From an uncultured cyanobacterium (GTDB taxonomy: Bacteria; Cyanobacteriota; Cyanobacteriia; Cyanobacteriales; Nostocaceae), in NCBI GenBank assembly GCA_963706595.1, contig OY970166.1:928001-992000 (forward strand): a DNA stretch of 64,000 nucleotides, read 5' to 3'. Numbering within the stretch: position 1 is the first letter of the stretch; each line of letters starts with the position of its first letter. The translations under genes and the position numbers were made by a program. The notes under the pieces were generated by a model. It was not told the origin of the DNA and searched no databases. It was given only the letters and a program-made list of their open reading frames with translations. Of the stretch, positions 61,208-64,000 are shown piece after piece.

Positions 61208-61334
61208 GTAGGTAGGCGGAAAAATTTCAAGGTATGTCATTGCGAACGGAGCGTAGTGGAGTGAAGCAATCGCAAGGGTTTTGAGGATTTTACATTTTGT
61301 TGCATGGTTAGGTTTATTTGTGCCTACCTACTTA
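61205..61334. mobile_element. MITE-like element with TIR TAAGTAGGTAGGC
   Basis: TAAGTAGGTAGGC...GCCTACCTACTTA; contains an internal GTCATTGCGAA...GAAGCAATC dispersed repeat; left end coincides with the futC stop. Confidence 0.7.
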
Positions 61335-61535
61335 GTTTCTGGGAATAAAAGTTTGTAGTCAGGGCTTCAGCCCTACTTTGATTCTGAAAACCTTTCTGCA
61401 AGCAACAAATTACAACCAATTTATCCTATATACTAGTGATTTGAGATTTTGAAACAGATAATTAATCGTCTCCTTGGGAGAAGGACACAAAGGAAGAGAG
61501 TTGAGAGATATTTGCGTAGGTAGTGAGAGTGTTAG

Positions 61536-62734
61536 TCAACATTTTTCACTAGAGAAAAGTACGATTAAAAGTTCTTTTCCTGCATCTTCAATATTTCCAT
61601 TTAGAAGAGAGAAAGCAAGACTTCGCACTCTAATTTTTCCTCTATGTTCTCCAATATATTCATCAAGATGATGTTAACACTTGATAAACGAAGCTTGAAA
61701 TTTAGACAGCCTTACCTAGGCTATATATTTTTGGAAATATTGTGTACGCAATTTCTATATTTAGTATCCAGAATGTATTGAGGAGTTAAAGTTTGAGTGT
61801 CGTATATAATCAAATCAGTTTGAAAATATATGTTTTTTTCTATGTTGATTCTTTCTTGAGTCTTCAGAGTTAAATTGGGGGGTAAATTTTCATTTAAGCC
61901 ATTCTGCAACAAAAAGTTCATATAAATGTGCCATATCGACGAGAAAGGGTAGAGGTTTTGTAATTTCCCCATTCAAGACTGGAGCTACAATTATCTAAAA
62001 AGAATCGAAAATTATGTAATAGTTATAGTCTGGATTGAGGCGATTATATGTCTGGCTGATACAATCTTCTGCAGTACAAGGTTGCAGCGTTACTAATCCT
62101 TGTAGAGCGTGATAAGCTTTTCGTACTATCTGGTGATACTCTTTCTGAACATAAACTGCTACGACCAATTATATAAAGTGTCCAAACCAGTATTTGATTT
62201 TCTTTAACATCAGCCGTATGTTCTTCGTAATTGCATTGTAAGTTTAACATTCCACGGCTTTTGAATTACCTGTTGCATATCTAGCCTTCCCCGCACATAA
62301 GAAATCTGCTGGGTTTATGGCAAATAAGTACGATATAATCCTTTACGGCATCGTCTAAAACTTTAGTTGAGCTAAGATATGAGCCAGATTATTATAAAAA
62401 TCTTCTAGTGATTCACAATGTCAACCCTTCGAGAAAGCGAAACCCTTTTAAAGGTAGGCATATTCCAGCATTTAAAAGAGGTTTTGATGGCACTTTCCGA
62501 TTTATTCTTAGCTGCAATTCAGGAGTTACAGGAATGTAACCTACCCAACCTTTAGCTTTGAGTTTCCAAATGATCTCTCGTTGTATAGATAGGAAATTCT
62601 ATATCTACTTGTGTTTTGTATTTTTCATATAACTCGACTGCGAGTGAATCGGGCTATTTCATAACGCTTAAAATAATATATTTTCGATATTCTATATCTT
62701 CAATAATTATTGGTTTTGCTGAGTTTATATCCAT
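61536..62734 (-). pseudogene. McrC-family restriction nuclease subunit, heavily degraded
   Basis: fragments WKLKAKGWVGYIPVTPE, LQCNYEEHTADVKENQIL, TDLIIYD..YILDTKY, IRVRSLAFSL in different frames. Confidence 0.78.
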
Positions 62735-62736
62735 AG

Positions 62737-63600
62737 TTAACTTTGCTTTATTTCATCCCAGCGAAACTCATCTACTTTTTCTAGCTGATTAAAAAAGTAT
62801 TCTTCTAAATATGGTTCAATTTCCATGCGCCATATATCTTCTATATCTTCCCGTAGGTTGTCTGTTAAAAAGAATGAAATGCCAATTTCGTAGTTTTTGT
62901 CTGCAATGGCCAGATTTAATTGCTCTAAAATATTAATTAATTCCCTCTACTGCAAAACCTGTTTTTAGGTGATAACGTTGCTAGAACATCATAATTTGGG
63001 CGAAGTTCAATAAATGCAAAGCGACGGCGTAACGCATGGTCTATATTAGCAATAGACCTATCTGCTGTATTCATCGTGCCAATAATGCGGACATTTTCTG
63101 GAATGCGAAAAATGTTACCACCAGCTAGTGGAATTTCTCTGATCACGGTACTCAAGTAAATACATTAGTTCACCAAAAACTTGTGTAAGATTTGCGCGGT
63201 TTATTTCATCAATGATCAAAACACAAGTGTCTTGGCAAGACTCTGCTTTTTTACAGAACTCTAAAAAGCGACCTGGAACAAGCGGATATGTTAATTTCCC
63301 ATCTTGACTTTGAGGACGGATACCTTGAATGAAGTCTTCATAAGTGTAGCTGGATGAAATTGAACTAATTCATAAAAACCATAATCACCAATTAATTGTT
63401 TAGCAAATTTTTCAGCAATGAAGGTTTTTCCTGTTCCAGGTGAACCATATATAATTGCTTGTCTTTTACGATTAATAGCGCGTAACCAACATTCTAGTTC
63501 TTTTTCACTAAAGCCTGTTTCTGTCTGTCCAAGATTCAAACAATCAGATGGATTCCTCTTTGGCTGATAAATAATGATTAATAACTGGGATAGGCTCATC
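62737..63600 (-). pseudogene. McrB-family AAA+ GTPase, frameshifted and 5'-truncated
   Basis: [47 protein letters not shown] spread over several frames. Confidence 0.85.
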
Positions 63601-63735
63601 AGTAGTAGCAAGTAAAATTAAGAGGAAGATATTGTTTAAACCAATTTACACATTTAAATACCGTTGCTTGAAATCCCAAGTAATATGAGAAATTGATCTT
63701 AGTCCAAAATGCAATTCTTATCAGTAATTAATAAC

Positions 63736-64000
63736 TTAGGATTTTGAATGGATAATATTTGTAATTGATTCTGGATTTTTATTTCCAGCTTTTTGTAATA
63801 ACTTATAATAAGTTAAATCACACGCATTCAGTTTTATACCCGATTGGTTAATTTGTATCCTCATTAGGTTACAATGACCAAATCTTGCTTCTAAGCATAA
63901 CTCATGATCTTCATCATTGAGATTAGCCTCCACTATATTTTTTTTAACTAGGTCATGATGATTAGCGTTAATATCATTTACTGGATGTAGGGACAGAAAT
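63736..64000 (-). CDS. 3' end of an unidentified ORF running off the window edge
   Basis: frame is open from 63999 to the stop at 63736; no recognisable motif. Confidence 0.35.
   Translation of the reverse strand, partial: FLSLHPVNDINANHHDLVKKNIVEANLNDEDHELCLEARFGHCNLMRIQINQSGIKLNACDLTYYKLLQKAGNKNPESITNIIHSKS

Overview
64 kb of chromosome from a filamentous cyanobacterium, probably Nostocales. The assignment rests on abundant HIP1 GCGATCGC sites, heptamer tandem repeats, GTAG-type REP hairpins and genes such as chlI, cruF/cruG and rpaA. Housekeeping and metabolic genes dominate: chlI, rplU-rpmA, cruFG, rnhA, rpaA, holB, nurA, mntCAB, hisS, purU, a Gld-type ABC system, glcEF, rbp, coaBC and futAABC. 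Several accessory patches are interleaved with them. (1) An intact ABC-type ATPase plus TOPRIM-like gene pair sits inside the mntA-mntB operon, downstream of two ManR-like boxes. It resembles PARIS/RloAB-type modules and is the best candidate for an undescribed anti-phage system. (2) A nitrilase-superfamily protein whose Glu-Lys-Cys triad reads Glu-Arg-Ser heads an unassigned enzyme cluster. (3) A pentapeptide-repeat membrane protein carries a 100-residue Val/Ala/Gly tract encoded by about 50 hexamer repeats. (4) A decaying AraC/TonB-dependent siderophore locus is flanked by diverged copies of the rnhA 5' end and the mntC 3' end, and an internally deleted araC ghost lies next to the intact rnhA. 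(5) Several MITE families occur, including a 104-bp element with a GTAG target duplication in three copies, one nested in another MITE inside a porin pseudogene. (6) Relics of McrBC and a type IIG restriction-modification gene remain. No rRNA, tRNA or CRISPR array was seen. All family calls come from motif recognition by eye, not from database searches.
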